Shown: positions 51,551 through 60,023 of the stretch, piece after piece
Numbering within the stretch: the stretch's first letter is position 1
Layout of the letters: each line of letters begins with the position of its first letter
Assembly (NCBI GenBank): GCA_963771355.1
Contig: CAVYTA010000006.1
Span: 1,952,001 to 2,016,000, forward strand
Source: an uncultured Candidatus Rokubacteria bacterium
GTDB lineage: Bacteria; Methylomirabilota; Methylomirabilia; Rokubacteriales; CSP1-6
Direction of reading: 5' to 3'
Length of the DNA stretch: 64,000 nucleotides
Translations under genes and position numbers: made by a program
The notes under the pieces: model-generated
The model's database searches: none
Told to the model about the DNA's origin: nothing
Seen by the model: only the letters and a program-made list of their open reading frames with translations

Positions 51551-52747
51551 CTAGCCTTTCGGGAGGCCGAGCACACGCTCGCCGATGATGTTCTTCTGGA
51601 TCTCGGTGGTCCCGCCCTCGATCGAGTTGGCGCGGGAGCGAAGGAAGCCGTACTGCCAGAGCCCGTTCTCCACCGCCCACCGGCTGCCGCTCATGAGCTG
51701 CGCGTAGGGGCCCTGCAGCTCCATGGCCATCTCCTGCAGCCGCTGATGGCCCTCCACCCACATCATCTTGCCGGTGGAGGCCTCCGGCCCGGGCAGCTCG
51801 CCCTTGAGGAGCTTGGTGATGGCGCGAGCGCCGGTGTACTTGAACACCTCGGTGTCGATCCACATCTGCGCCAGCTTCTGCCGCATGACCGGATCCCGGC
51901 TGGCGGGCACGCCGTTCTTGGTGGAGCGGCGCGCGAGGTCCACCAGCCCGTCGAGCGCGATGCGCAGCCGCACCTGGAGCCCGAAGCCCAGGGCCAGGCG
52001 CTCGTACATGAGCGTGGTGAGGCCCACCCCCCAGCCGTTGTTGAGCCCGCCCAGGATCTGCGACTCGTGCACGCGCACGTTGTCGAAGTACACCTCGTTG
52101 AACTCGTCGTCCCCGGTGATCTGCTTGAGCGGCTTCACGGTGACGCCGGGTGCGTGCATGTCGAGGAGGAAGTAGGTGATGCCCTTGTGCTTGGGGGCCT
52201 GAGGGTCGGTCCGGGCAAGCAGCATCATCCAATCGGCAATGTGTGCCAGCGAGGTCCACACCTTCTGGCCGTTGATCACGTAGTACTCGCCGTCCTTGAC
52301 CGCGCGCGTCTGGAGCGATGCCAGGTCGGAGCCCGAGTTGGGCTCGGAATAGCCCTGGCACCAGATCTCCTCGCAGGAGAGCATCTTGGGAGGATAGCGC
52401 TTCTTCTGCTCTTCGGTGCCGTACGCGTTGATGGTGGGCCCCGCCATGCCCACGGCGAGGATGTTCAGCACCGGCGGGGCCTTCGCCAGCGCCATCTCTT
52501 CCTGGAGGATCATCTCCTCCATGAAGGTCAGGCCGCGGCCGCCGGACTCCTTGGGCCACGTCAACCCCACGAACCCCGCCTCGTACATCTTCCGCTGCCA
52601 CTGGCGAAGAAAGTCGTAGGCCCCCTCCCGCGGCACGTCGCTGGCGGCCTGCACCTTGCTCGTCCAGTCGGCGGGAAGGTTCCGGGAAAGCCAGGACCGG
52701 ACCTCGTCCCGGAACGATTGCTGCTCGGGGGTCAACGTGAAATCCAT
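51551..52747 (-). CDS. Acyl-CoA dehydrogenase
   Basis: WCQGYSEPNSGSDLASLQT, NGQKVWTS, FNEVYFD, SIEGGTTEIQKNIIGERVLGLP. Confidence 0.93.
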   Translation of the reverse strand: MDFTLTPEQQSFRDEVRSWLSRNLPADWTSKVQAASDVPREGAYDFLRQWQRKMYEAGFVGLTWPKESGGRGLTFMEEMILQEEMALAKAPPVLNILAVGMAGPTINAYGTEEQKKRYPPKMLSCEEIWCQGYSEPNSGSDLASLQTRAVKDGEYYVINGQKVWTSLAHIADWMMLLARTDPQAPKHKGITYFLLDMHAPGVTVKPLKQITGDDEFNEVYFDNVRVHESQILGGLNNGWGVGLTTLMYERLALGFGLQVRLRIALDGLVDLARRSTKNGVPASRDPVMRQKLAQMWIDTEVFKYTGARAITKLLKGELPGPEASTGKMMWVEGHQRLQEMAMELQGPYAQLMSGSRWAVENGLWQYGFLRSRANSIEGGTTEIQKNIIGERVLGLPKG

Positions 52748-52791
52748 ACTCCCTCCTGCAACGGCGAGGTTGGGGGGCGCTCAGGACTGAC

Positions 52792-52840
52792 TGAACGACC
52801 GTTCATTGCCATGATACGGGCCCCCCTCAGACAGTGTCAA
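52792..52840 (-). promoter_or_regulatory. sigma70 promoter of the ACAD operon with a downstream palindromic operator
   Basis: Minus strand TTGACA (52840-52835)-18 nt-TATCAT (52816-52811); perfect TGAACG-N2-CGTTCA at 52792-52805. Confidence 0.65.
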
Positions 52841-52874
52841 GGGTAAGCGAGGTCTTGTATACTGACCCGCGGCC

Positions 52875-54104
52875 ATGAGGCTCGCGATCTCGCTCCCCCG
52901 TCTCCGCTCCCACCTCGAGGCCCTCTCTCAGTTCGGCCGGAACCCGGCAGGCCAGGGCATCACCCGCTCCTGCTGGAGCCCTCCCTACGAAGAGGCGCGC
53001 GCCTGGCTCATCGCGCGGATGAAGGACGCGGGGTTGACGACCTGGGTGGACGAGGCGGGCAATACCTTCGGGCGGCTCGGCGAGGGCGCCCCCACGGTGA
53101 TGACGGGCTCCCATATCGATACCGTGCCCCAGGGCGGCTCCCTGGACGGCGCCCTCGGCGTGCTGGCGGGTCTCGAGTGCCTGCACACCCTGCGGGAGTC
53201 CAATGTCCGCACGCGCCGGCCTCTCACCGTGGCCGCCTGGAGCGACGAGGAGGGGCGCTACGCCTCGCTGTTCGGCTCGAAGGCCTTCACCGGCAAGCTC
53301 GACACCCGCCAGATCCCCCACTTCCGCTCCGCCGACGGGGAAGCCCTGGTGGACGCGATGGCGCGCGCGGGCTTCGATCCGCTGGAGGCGCCCAAGGCCA
53401 AGTGCGACCCGAAGACCCTGGCCGCCTACGTGGAGCTGCACATCGAGCAGGGACCGCACCTCGAGGCCGCGCGCCTCCCCATCGGCTCGGTGGAGGGGAT
53501 CGTGGGCAATCGGCGCGCCTGGGTCACCTTCATCGGCCAGGCCGACCACGCGGGCACCACGCCCATGGAGTGGCGCAAGGACGCCTTCCTCGGGGCCGCC
53601 GAGTACGCCCTGGCCGCGCGCGAGCTGGTGGTGAAGCGGGGCGGCGGGAAGAGCGTGACCAACTTCGGCCGCATCGAGATCGCCCCCGGTGTGTCGAACA
53701 TCGTCCCCGCACGCGCCACCCTGCTCCACGAGATGCGCTCGCTCGACGGCCGGACCCTCGCGCGCCTGGACCGGCAGTGCCGCGACCTGGCGCGCGCGGT
53801 GGCCAAGCGGCGCGGGCTTCGCGTGAAGGTGGAGACCATCTCGCAGAGCCCGCCCGTGCACTGCTCCCGGCGCGTGATGAAGGCGGTGGAGGCGGCCTGC
53901 GCGGAGCTCGGGCTCAAGTACCGGCGCATGCCTTCCGGCGCGGGCCACGATGCCCAGAACCTGGCCTCCGTCACCGACTCCGGCATGCTCTTCATCCCGT
54001 CCCGCGGCGGACGCAGTCACCGTCCCGACGAGACCAGCGACTGGAAGGCCATCGAGCGCGGCGGGAACGTGCTCCTCCATACCCTCCTGCAGCTCGCCGG
54101 CTGA
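52875..54104 (+). CDS. Zn-dependent M20 amidohydrolase (N-carbamoyl-L-amino acid/allantoate amidohydrolase family)
   Basis: GSHIDTVPQGG.LDGALGV, DEEG, ELHIEQG, HAGTTPM, SGAGHDA, GRSH. Confidence 0.92.
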   Translation: MRLAISLPRLRSHLEALSQFGRNPAGQGITRSCWSPPYEEARAWLIARMKDAGLTTWVDEAGNTFGRLGEGAPTVMTGSHIDTVPQGGSLDGALGVLAGLECLHTLRESNVRTRRPLTVAAWSDEEGRYASLFGSKAFTGKLDTRQIPHFRSADGEALVDAMARAGFDPLEAPKAKCDPKTLAAYVELHIEQGPHLEAARLPIGSVEGIVGNRRAWVTFIGQADHAGTTPMEWRKDAFLGAAEYALAARELVVKRGGGKSVTNFGRIEIAPGVSNIVPARATLLHEMRSLDGRTLARLDRQCRDLARAVAKRRGLRVKVETISQSPPVHCSRRVMKAVEAACAELGLKYRRMPSGAGHDAQNLASVTDSGMLFIPSRGGRSHRPDETSDWKAIERGGNVLLHTLLQLAG

Positions 54105-54116
54105 CGCGGGCGCGCG

Positions 54117-54348
54117 GCCGCCAACTACCCTCGACGGCGTCACCGTCTCCTACTTCGAGTGGGTGCAGAACGTCCAGCAGTTCACGTGGGAAGAGGACAA
54201 GGTCAACGCCGAGCTGCATCGGCACTTGCGCGAGGCCTATGCCACCATCGCGCGGGTCGCCCGCGAGCATCGCGTGCCCTTCCGCACCGCGGCCTTTATC
54301 GTGGCGATTGGACGGGTCGGTCGTGCGACCGTCCTCCGGGGAGTCTAG
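54117..54348 (+). pseudogene. C-terminal remnant of Glu/Leu/Phe/Val (glutamate) dehydrogenase
   Basis: GVTVSYFEWVQN...WEEDKVNAEL...RTAAFIVAIGRV..ATVLRGV* (54136-54348), no start codon; out-of-frame AANYP just upstream. Confidence 0.85.
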
Positions 54349-54352
54349 AACG

Positions 54353-54871
54353 ATGGATTTCGTCGACGCGGTCACCACGCATCTCTGCCGAACCCTCACC
54401 CGGGTGGAGGCGGAACGGCTGCTCGCGGGCACCGAGCTGCTCTCCACGGACGCCGGGTCGACGGTGATCCGCGAAGGCACCGTCAGCGAGGGGATCTACT
54501 TCCTCTTCGAGGGCAAGGTCGAGGTGAACCGGCGCCGGCACGACGGAGAGACCACCCGCCTCGCGCTGGTCGACGCCCCGTCGCTGTTCGGCGAGCTGAG
54601 CCTGGTGGTAGGGGGGGCCAGCACCGCCACGGTGAGCGCGCTGACGGATTGCCGGCTGCGGCTCCTCCGCAAGAGCGACTTCCACGCGCGCCTCGCCGAG
54701 GGGGAACTCGCCGCCTACAAGCTGCTCGGCGCGGTGGCCGAAGTGCTCGCCCGCCGCGTCCTGCGCCTCAACGACACCATCCTCGAGCTCTCCGAGCGCG
54801 CGCACGCGGCCGCCCCGATGGAGGATCTGGCCCGTCTGCGCCAGAAGCTCTTCTCGGAGTGGTCCTTCTGA
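54353..54871 (+). CDS. Cyclic-nucleotide-binding domain protein without HTH
   Basis: VIREGTVSEGIYFLFEGKVEV, LFGELSLV, STATVSALTDC; C-terminal helix; 172 aa. Confidence 0.85.
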   Translation: MDFVDAVTTHLCRTLTRVEAERLLAGTELLSTDAGSTVIREGTVSEGIYFLFEGKVEVNRRRHDGETTRLALVDAPSLFGELSLVVGGASTATVSALTDCRLRLLRKSDFHARLAEGELAAYKLLGAVAEVLARRVLRLNDTILELSERAHAAAPMEDLARLRQKLFSEWSF

Positions 54872-54897
54872 GCCGCGCCGCCGGGGACGGCGCCTCA

Positions 54898-54915
54898 TTG
54901 TGAAACATTCCACTT
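54898..54915 (+). promoter_or_regulatory. Imperfect Rex/CRP-FNR-like site upstream of the oxidase operon
   Basis: TTGTGAAACATTCCACTT: left half matches TTGTGAA, right half degenerate. Confidence 0.35.
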
Positions 54916-54981
54916 GGCAGCGGGGGACCGTTCGAGTACACTCCGGGCGGAACCGGAAATAACCTTACCCAAGAGGATGTT

Positions 54982-55275
54982 GTGTCCACGATATCGCATC
55001 TGCTGCTGGCACTCGCGCTGACCCTGTTTCTGGCTTTCCAGGGGGGCGCGCTCGTCTTCGTGCTGCGCTCGCGGCGTGCACTGCGGGCAGGACGCCGGCA
55101 GCGGCCCACGGAGCTCCTCTGGACCGTCATCCCCGTGATGCTCGTGCTGTTCCTCGCCGCCCGCAGCTGGGTGGCCGTCTTCGATCTGGGGCGGCCTGCG
55201 GTGGCGTCGGCCGTGATCACCGAGGTCCCGACGGCGGAGACGCCGGGCGCCCCGCCCCGCCAAGGGAGACCATGA
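54982..55275 (+). CDS. Small two-TM protein resembling the cytochrome oxidase subunit II TM hairpin
   Basis: Two hydrophobic helices; TELLWTVIPVMLVLFLA; stop overlaps coxB ATG (ATGA). Confidence 0.7.
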   Translation: MSTISHLLLALALTLFLAFQGGALVFVLRSRRALRAGRRQRPTELLWTVIPVMLVLFLAARSWVAVFDLGRPAVASAVITEVPTAETPGAPPRQGRP

Positions 55276-56294
55276 CCAAGCCACCGCGTCGCCTCGCCAT
55301 CTCCCTCCTGCTCCTGGGCGTGATCGCGCTGAGCGCCGGCTGCGGGGCGGTCGGCTGGGACTGGGATACGAAGATGTCCACGGTCATGCCCAAGTCGGAC
55401 TTCGGGCGCCTGACACACGACATCTTCATGCTGATCTCGTGGTGGACCCTCGGCATCTTCATCGTGGTGGAGCTCGGGATGCTCTACGTGTGCTGGCGCT
55501 TCCGCGACCGTCCGGGCGCGCCCGTTCCCAAGCAGGTCCACGGCCACACCGTGCTGGAGGTGGGCTGGACCATCGCCTTCGCCGCCCTTCTCGTGATCTT
55601 CGCGGTCCCCACCGTCCGCGTGATCTTCAAGACGCAGGAGGCGCCCGCCGCCACCGATCTCAAGGTGGACGTGGTCGGGCATCAGTGGTGGTGGGAGTTC
55701 CGCTATCCCGGCCAGAAGGTGGTCACCGCCAACGAGGCGCACCTCCCCGTGGGACAGACGGTGGCCTTCAACCTGCATGGGCCGGACGTGATCCATTCCT
55801 TCTGGGTGCCCCAGCTCGGCGGCAAGCGGGACGTGGTGCCCGGTCGCGTGAATCGGATCACCCTCACGCCCGAGGTGCCCGGCGAGTACATCGGCCAGTG
55901 CGCCGAGTATTGCGGCATCTCGCACGCCAACATGCGCTTCCGCGTGGTGGTCCACTCGAAGGGGGATTGGGAGAAGTGGGTGGCCGCCCAGCAGGCCCCT
56001 CCGGTGGAGCCCAAGGACGAGCTCGCCCAGAAGGGCAAGGAGATCTTCAGCCAGTCGGCGTGCATGGGTTGTCACAGCATCTCGGGGCTGTCCGCGGGCA
56101 TCCTGGGGCCGAACCTGACCCACTTCGGCAGCCGCAAGACCCTCGGCAGCGCCACCACGCTGAACACCCCCGAGAACCTGACGAAGTGGATCGAGGATCC
56201 AGCGCACCTGAAGCCCGGGGTACTGATGCCCAATCTCGGCATGCGCGATGAACAGTCCAAGGCGCTCGCCGCCTACCTCCTGAGCCTGAAGTAG
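55272..56294 (+). CDS. coxB: Cytochrome c oxidase subunit II with fused cytochrome c (caa3 type)
   Basis: Lipobox SAGC, GHQWWWEF, DVIHSFW, CuA CAEYCGISHANM, haem CMGCH. Confidence 0.95.
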   Translation: MTKPPRRLAISLLLLGVIALSAGCGAVGWDWDTKMSTVMPKSDFGRLTHDIFMLISWWTLGIFIVVELGMLYVCWRFRDRPGAPVPKQVHGHTVLEVGWTIAFAALLVIFAVPTVRVIFKTQEAPAATDLKVDVVGHQWWWEFRYPGQKVVTANEAHLPVGQTVAFNLHGPDVIHSFWVPQLGGKRDVVPGRVNRITLTPEVPGEYIGQCAEYCGISHANMRFRVVVHSKGDWEKWVAAQQAPPVEPKDELAQKGKEIFSQSACMGCHSISGLSAGILGPNLTHFGSRKTLGSATTLNTPENLTKWIEDPAHLKPGVLMPNLGMRDEQSKALAAYLLSLK

Positions 56295-56302
56295 GGGATC
56301 CC

Positions 56303-58162
56303 ATGGCGACACACGCAGCGTTCATGCCCGGCGGCGTCAAGACGGAAGCGGCGTACACCGGCGTCTGGTCCTGGATCACCACCGTGGATCACAAGCGCAT
56401 CGGGATCCTGTACGGCGTCACCGCGTTCATCTTCTTCCTGCTGGGCGGCATCGAGGCCTTGATCATGCGCGCGCAGCTCGCGCGCCCGGACAGCAACCTG
56501 GTGAGCGCGCAGACGTTCAACGAGCTGTTCACCATGCACGGCACCACCATGATCTTCCTGGCGATCATGCCGCTCAGCGCCGCCTTCTTCAATTTCATGA
56601 TCCCGCTGCAGATCGGCGCCCGCGACGTGGCCTTCCCCCGGCTCAACGCCCTGTCGTACTGGATCTTCCTGTGCGGCGGCCTCTTCATCAACTCGAGCTT
56701 CCTCTTCGCGGCCGCGCCGGACGGGGGCTGGTTCGGCTACGCCACGCTCACCACGCGGCAGTTCTCCCCCGGCCACAGCATCGACTTCTGGATGCTGGGG
56801 CTGCAGATCCTCGGCATCGCGTCCATGCTCGCCGGCTTCAACTTCATCGTCACCATCATCAACATGCGCGCCCCCGGCATGACCCTGATGCGCATGCCGG
56901 TATTCATCTGGATGTCGCTGGTGGTGCAGTTCCTGGTGGTGCTCGCCTTCCCCGCCATCACGGTGGCGCTCATCCTCCTCATGTTCGACCGCTTCTTCGG
57001 CACCCTCTTCTTCGCGCCGGCCGCCGGCGCCGACCCCTTGCTGTGGCAGCACCTCTTCTGGATCTTCGGCCATCCCGAGGTGTACATCCTCATCCTGCCC
57101 GCCATGGGCATCGTGTCGGAGGTGCTGCCCACCTTCGCGCGCAAGCCGCTGTTCGGCGCGCCGGTCATCATCTACTCCGGCATCATGATCGGCTTCTTCG
57201 GCTTCGGGGTGTGGAGCCACCACATGTTCTCGGTGGGCATGGGGCCGGTGGCCGACGCCGCCTTCTCCATCGCCACCATGCTCATCGCGGTGCCCACCGG
57301 GGTGAAGATCCTCAACTGGATCAGCACGCTGTGGGGCGGCAGCATCCGGTTCACGAGCGCGCTCCTGTTCTCGCTGGGCTTCATCGCGATGTTCACCATG
57401 GGCGGGCTCAGCGGGGTCATGCACGCCTCGCCCCCGGTCGACCTCCAGCAGACCGATACCTACTTCGTGGTGGCCCACTTCCACTACGTGCTCTTCGGCG
57501 GGTCCATCTTCGGGCTCTTCTCCGGCATCTACTACTGGTGGCCGAAGATCACCGGGCGCCTCCTCGACGAGCGGCTGGGCAAGCTGCACTTCTGGCTCAT
57601 GATGATCGGCTTCAACCTGACCTTCTTCCCCCAGCACTATCTCGGCCTCATCGGGATGCCGCGGCGGATCTACACCTACGCGGGCGACCTGGGCTGGAAC
57701 TTCTGGAACATGGTGTCGAGCATCGGAGCGTTCATCATCGCGCTCTCGATCCTCGTGTTCATCGTCAACGTCTTCAAGACGCGCCGGTCGGGACAGGTGG
57801 CGGGACCGGACCCCTGGGACGCCCGCACGCTGGAGTGGGCCATCCCCTCCCCGCCTCCCATCTACAACTTCGCCGCCATCCCCACCGTGCACGGCCGGGA
57901 CGAGCTCTGGCTGCAGAAGCACGGCGACGGCCACGGCGGCGCCCCCACCCCCCGGCCCGCCACGCCCACCGCCCAGGACATCGCGGCCATCCACATGCCG
58001 CCGCCGTCCTACTGGCCCATCCTGCTCGCCCTCGCGCTGACCTTCATGCTCTCCGGCCTCCTGATCAGCACGTACCAGATCATCGCGGGCGGGCTGCTGG
58101 TGCTCTACTGCATGTTCAAGTTCGCGCTCGAGTATCACCGTCCCGCCCAGGAGGCCCACTAG
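56303..58162 (+). CDS. ctaD: Cytochrome c oxidase subunit I (A1 type)
   Basis: TVDHKRIG, TMHGT, WIFGHPEVY, VWSHHM, AHFHY, GMPRR. Confidence 0.97.
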   Translation: MATHAAFMPGGVKTEAAYTGVWSWITTVDHKRIGILYGVTAFIFFLLGGIEALIMRAQLARPDSNLVSAQTFNELFTMHGTTMIFLAIMPLSAAFFNFMIPLQIGARDVAFPRLNALSYWIFLCGGLFINSSFLFAAAPDGGWFGYATLTTRQFSPGHSIDFWMLGLQILGIASMLAGFNFIVTIINMRAPGMTLMRMPVFIWMSLVVQFLVVLAFPAITVALILLMFDRFFGTLFFAPAAGADPLLWQHLFWIFGHPEVYILILPAMGIVSEVLPTFARKPLFGAPVIIYSGIMIGFFGFGVWSHHMFSVGMGPVADAAFSIATMLIAVPTGVKILNWISTLWGGSIRFTSALLFSLGFIAMFTMGGLSGVMHASPPVDLQQTDTYFVVAHFHYVLFGGSIFGLFSGIYYWWPKITGRLLDERLGKLHFWLMMIGFNLTFFPQHYLGLIGMPRRIYTYAGDLGWNFWNMVSSIGAFIIALSILVFIVNVFKTRRSGQVAGPDPWDARTLEWAIPSPPPIYNFAAIPTVHGRDELWLQKHGDGHGGAPTPRPATPTAQDIAAIHMPPPSYWPILLALALTFMLSGLLISTYQIIAGGLLVLYCMFKFALEYHRPAQEAH

Positions 58163-58788
58163 TGGCCAGCCATAGCGACGCCCACGCCGCCGCCGGCGCG
58201 CACGCCGTCCACCACGACCCGAATATGGGCACCACCGGGCTCGACAACCGCAAGGTGGGGATGTGGATCTTCCTGGGGTCGGACTGCATGTTCTTCGGAT
58301 CGCTCATCGGGACGTACCTGTCTTACAAGGGCAAGAGCCTGGGCGGGCCCACCCCGCAGGACGTCTTCAACATCCCGCTCACCTCGGAGAGCGCGGCGGT
58401 GCTGCTGCTCTCCTCGCTCACCATGGTGCTCGCCCTCGCCGCCCTGGAGAAGAACGACCACAAGTGGACGGGGCGCTGGCTGCTCGCCACCGCGGTGCTC
58501 GGCGCGCACTTCGTGGGCAACCAGGTCTACGAGTTCTACACCTTCGCCGTCCACGACGGGCTCACGCTGAGCACCAACCTCTTCGGCTCCACCTTTTTCA
58601 CCCTCACCGGCTTCCACGGGGCCCACGTCACCGGGGGCGTGATCTGGCTGATGGGCCTGTGGTGGCAGCTCAAGCGGGGCCGGCTGGATAGTCGCGACTA
58701 CACCAAGGTCGAGATCGCGGGGCTTTACTGGCACTTCGTGGACATCGTCTGGATCGCGATCTTCACCATCATCTACCTCATCCCCTAG
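58162..58788 (+). CDS. ctaE: Cytochrome c oxidase subunit III
   Basis: GMWIFLGSD, TGFHGAHV, GLYWHFVDIVW; GTG overlaps TAG. Confidence 0.93.
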   Translation: MASHSDAHAAAGAHAVHHDPNMGTTGLDNRKVGMWIFLGSDCMFFGSLIGTYLSYKGKSLGGPTPQDVFNIPLTSESAAVLLLSSLTMVLALAALEKNDHKWTGRWLLATAVLGAHFVGNQVYEFYTFAVHDGLTLSTNLFGSTFFTLTGFHGAHVTGGVIWLMGLWWQLKRGRLDSRDYTKVEIAGLYWHFVDIVWIAIFTIIYLIP

Positions 58789-58798
58789 GAGCGCCGAC

Positions 58799-59155
58799 AT
58801 GGCCGATACACATGCCGTCGCGCAGCAGCCGAGCCACGGCGCCCAGGAACCGGCCCACAGCGGCGGGCACGCCACCGTCAAGACCTACGTCTTCGTGGCG
58901 ATCGTGCTCGGCCTCATCACCGCCATCGAGGTCGCGACGCTCTACATCCCCGGCATCCCCAACAGCCTCCTGGTGGCGAGCCTTCTCATCATGTCCGCGA
59001 TCAAGTTCGTCCTGGTGGTGGGCTTCTTCATGCATCTCCGGTACGACCACAACATCATGCGGAGCTTCTTCATCGGCCCGCTCATTCTCGCCATTTTGAT
59101 CATCCTCGCCCTCATGGCGCTGTTCAGCGCCTTCGTCCTGCTGCCGCGCCACTGA
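58799..59155 (+). CDS. ctaF: Cytochrome c oxidase subunit IV
   Basis: Three TM; KFVLVVGFFMHLRYD. Confidence 0.88.
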   Translation: MADTHAVAQQPSHGAQEPAHSGGHATVKTYVFVAIVLGLITAIEVATLYIPGIPNSLLVASLLIMSAIKFVLVVGFFMHLRYDHNIMRSFFIGPLILAILIILALMALFSAFVLLPRH

Positions 59156-59156
59156 G

Positions 59157-60023
59157 ATGGCACACGCAGTGCCCGGGCCGGCGGGGCCACCGCCCCTCGG
59201 CCCCGGGGGATTCGACTGGACCGCCTGGAACGCCGACCCCGGCGTGGTCACCGGACTGGTGGCGCTGGGCGCCGTCTATGCGGGCGCGATTCTCCTGCGG
59301 CGCCGGATCGACCCGGAGGCGCCCGTGGAGCCCCACAAGGTGGCGGCCTTTGCGGGAGCACTGGTGGTGCTTTTCGTGGCGCTCACCGGGCCCGTCCACG
59401 ATCTCTCGGACTACTACCTCTTCAGCGCGCACATGGTGCAGCACATGCTGCTGGCGTTCGCGATGCCGCCGCTGCTGCTCCACGGCCTGCCGGGGTGGAT
59501 GGTCCGGCCGCTGCTGCGCGATCCTCGGGTGCGCGGGCTCGGCCGTCGGCTCACCCGCCCCTCGGGCGCCTTTGCCTGCTTCAACCTGGTGCTGGTGGCG
59601 TGGCACCTGCCGCCCCTCTATAACCTTGCCATGGAGCAGCATCCCGTCCACATCGTGGAGCACCTCATGATCATGGCCGCCGCGGTGATCCTCTGGTGGC
59701 CGCTACTCTCCCCCCTCCCGGAGCTGCCGCGCGCGCCCTACCCCGTGCAGATGCTCTACATCTTCGTGGTGGGCCTGCCCATGGTGGTGGTGGCGATCTT
59801 CATCAGCATGGCGGACGGCATTCTCTACCCGTACTATGCGGCGGCGCCGCGAGTCTGGGAGACGCTCACCCCGCGCGCCGACCAGCACCTGGGCGGGCTC
59901 ATCATGTGGATTCCCGGGGGGCTCGTGTTCCTCATCGCGCTGTCGGTGGTCTTCTTCCGCTGGCAGGTGGCGGGCGGCGGGGACGACGCGGTGGCCCCCG
60001 CCGAGGCGCGCCGTGGCGGCTAG
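59157..60023 (+). CDS. ctaG: caa3 assembly factor CtaG
   Basis: LFSAHMVQHMLL, WHLPPLY, HIVEH, DQHLGGLIMWIPG. Confidence 0.9.
   Translation: MAHAVPGPAGPPPLGPGGFDWTAWNADPGVVTGLVALGAVYAGAILLRRRIDPEAPVEPHKVAAFAGALVVLFVALTGPVHDLSDYYLFSAHMVQHMLLAFAMPPLLLHGLPGWMVRPLLRDPRVRGLGRRLTRPSGAFACFNLVLVAWHLPPLYNLAMEQHPVHIVEHLMIMAAAVILWWPLLSPLPELPRAPYPVQMLYIFVVGLPMVVVAIFISMADGILYPYYAAAPRVWETLTPRADQHLGGLIMWIPGGLVFLIALSVVFFRWQVAGGGDDAVAPAEARRGG

Noticed and set aside
53177..54352. Fusion of amidohydrolase shadow, GDH fragment and cNMP domain (564-aa ORF)
   Set aside because: The three pieces are not one coherent frame; the upstream part is shadow of the M20 gene.
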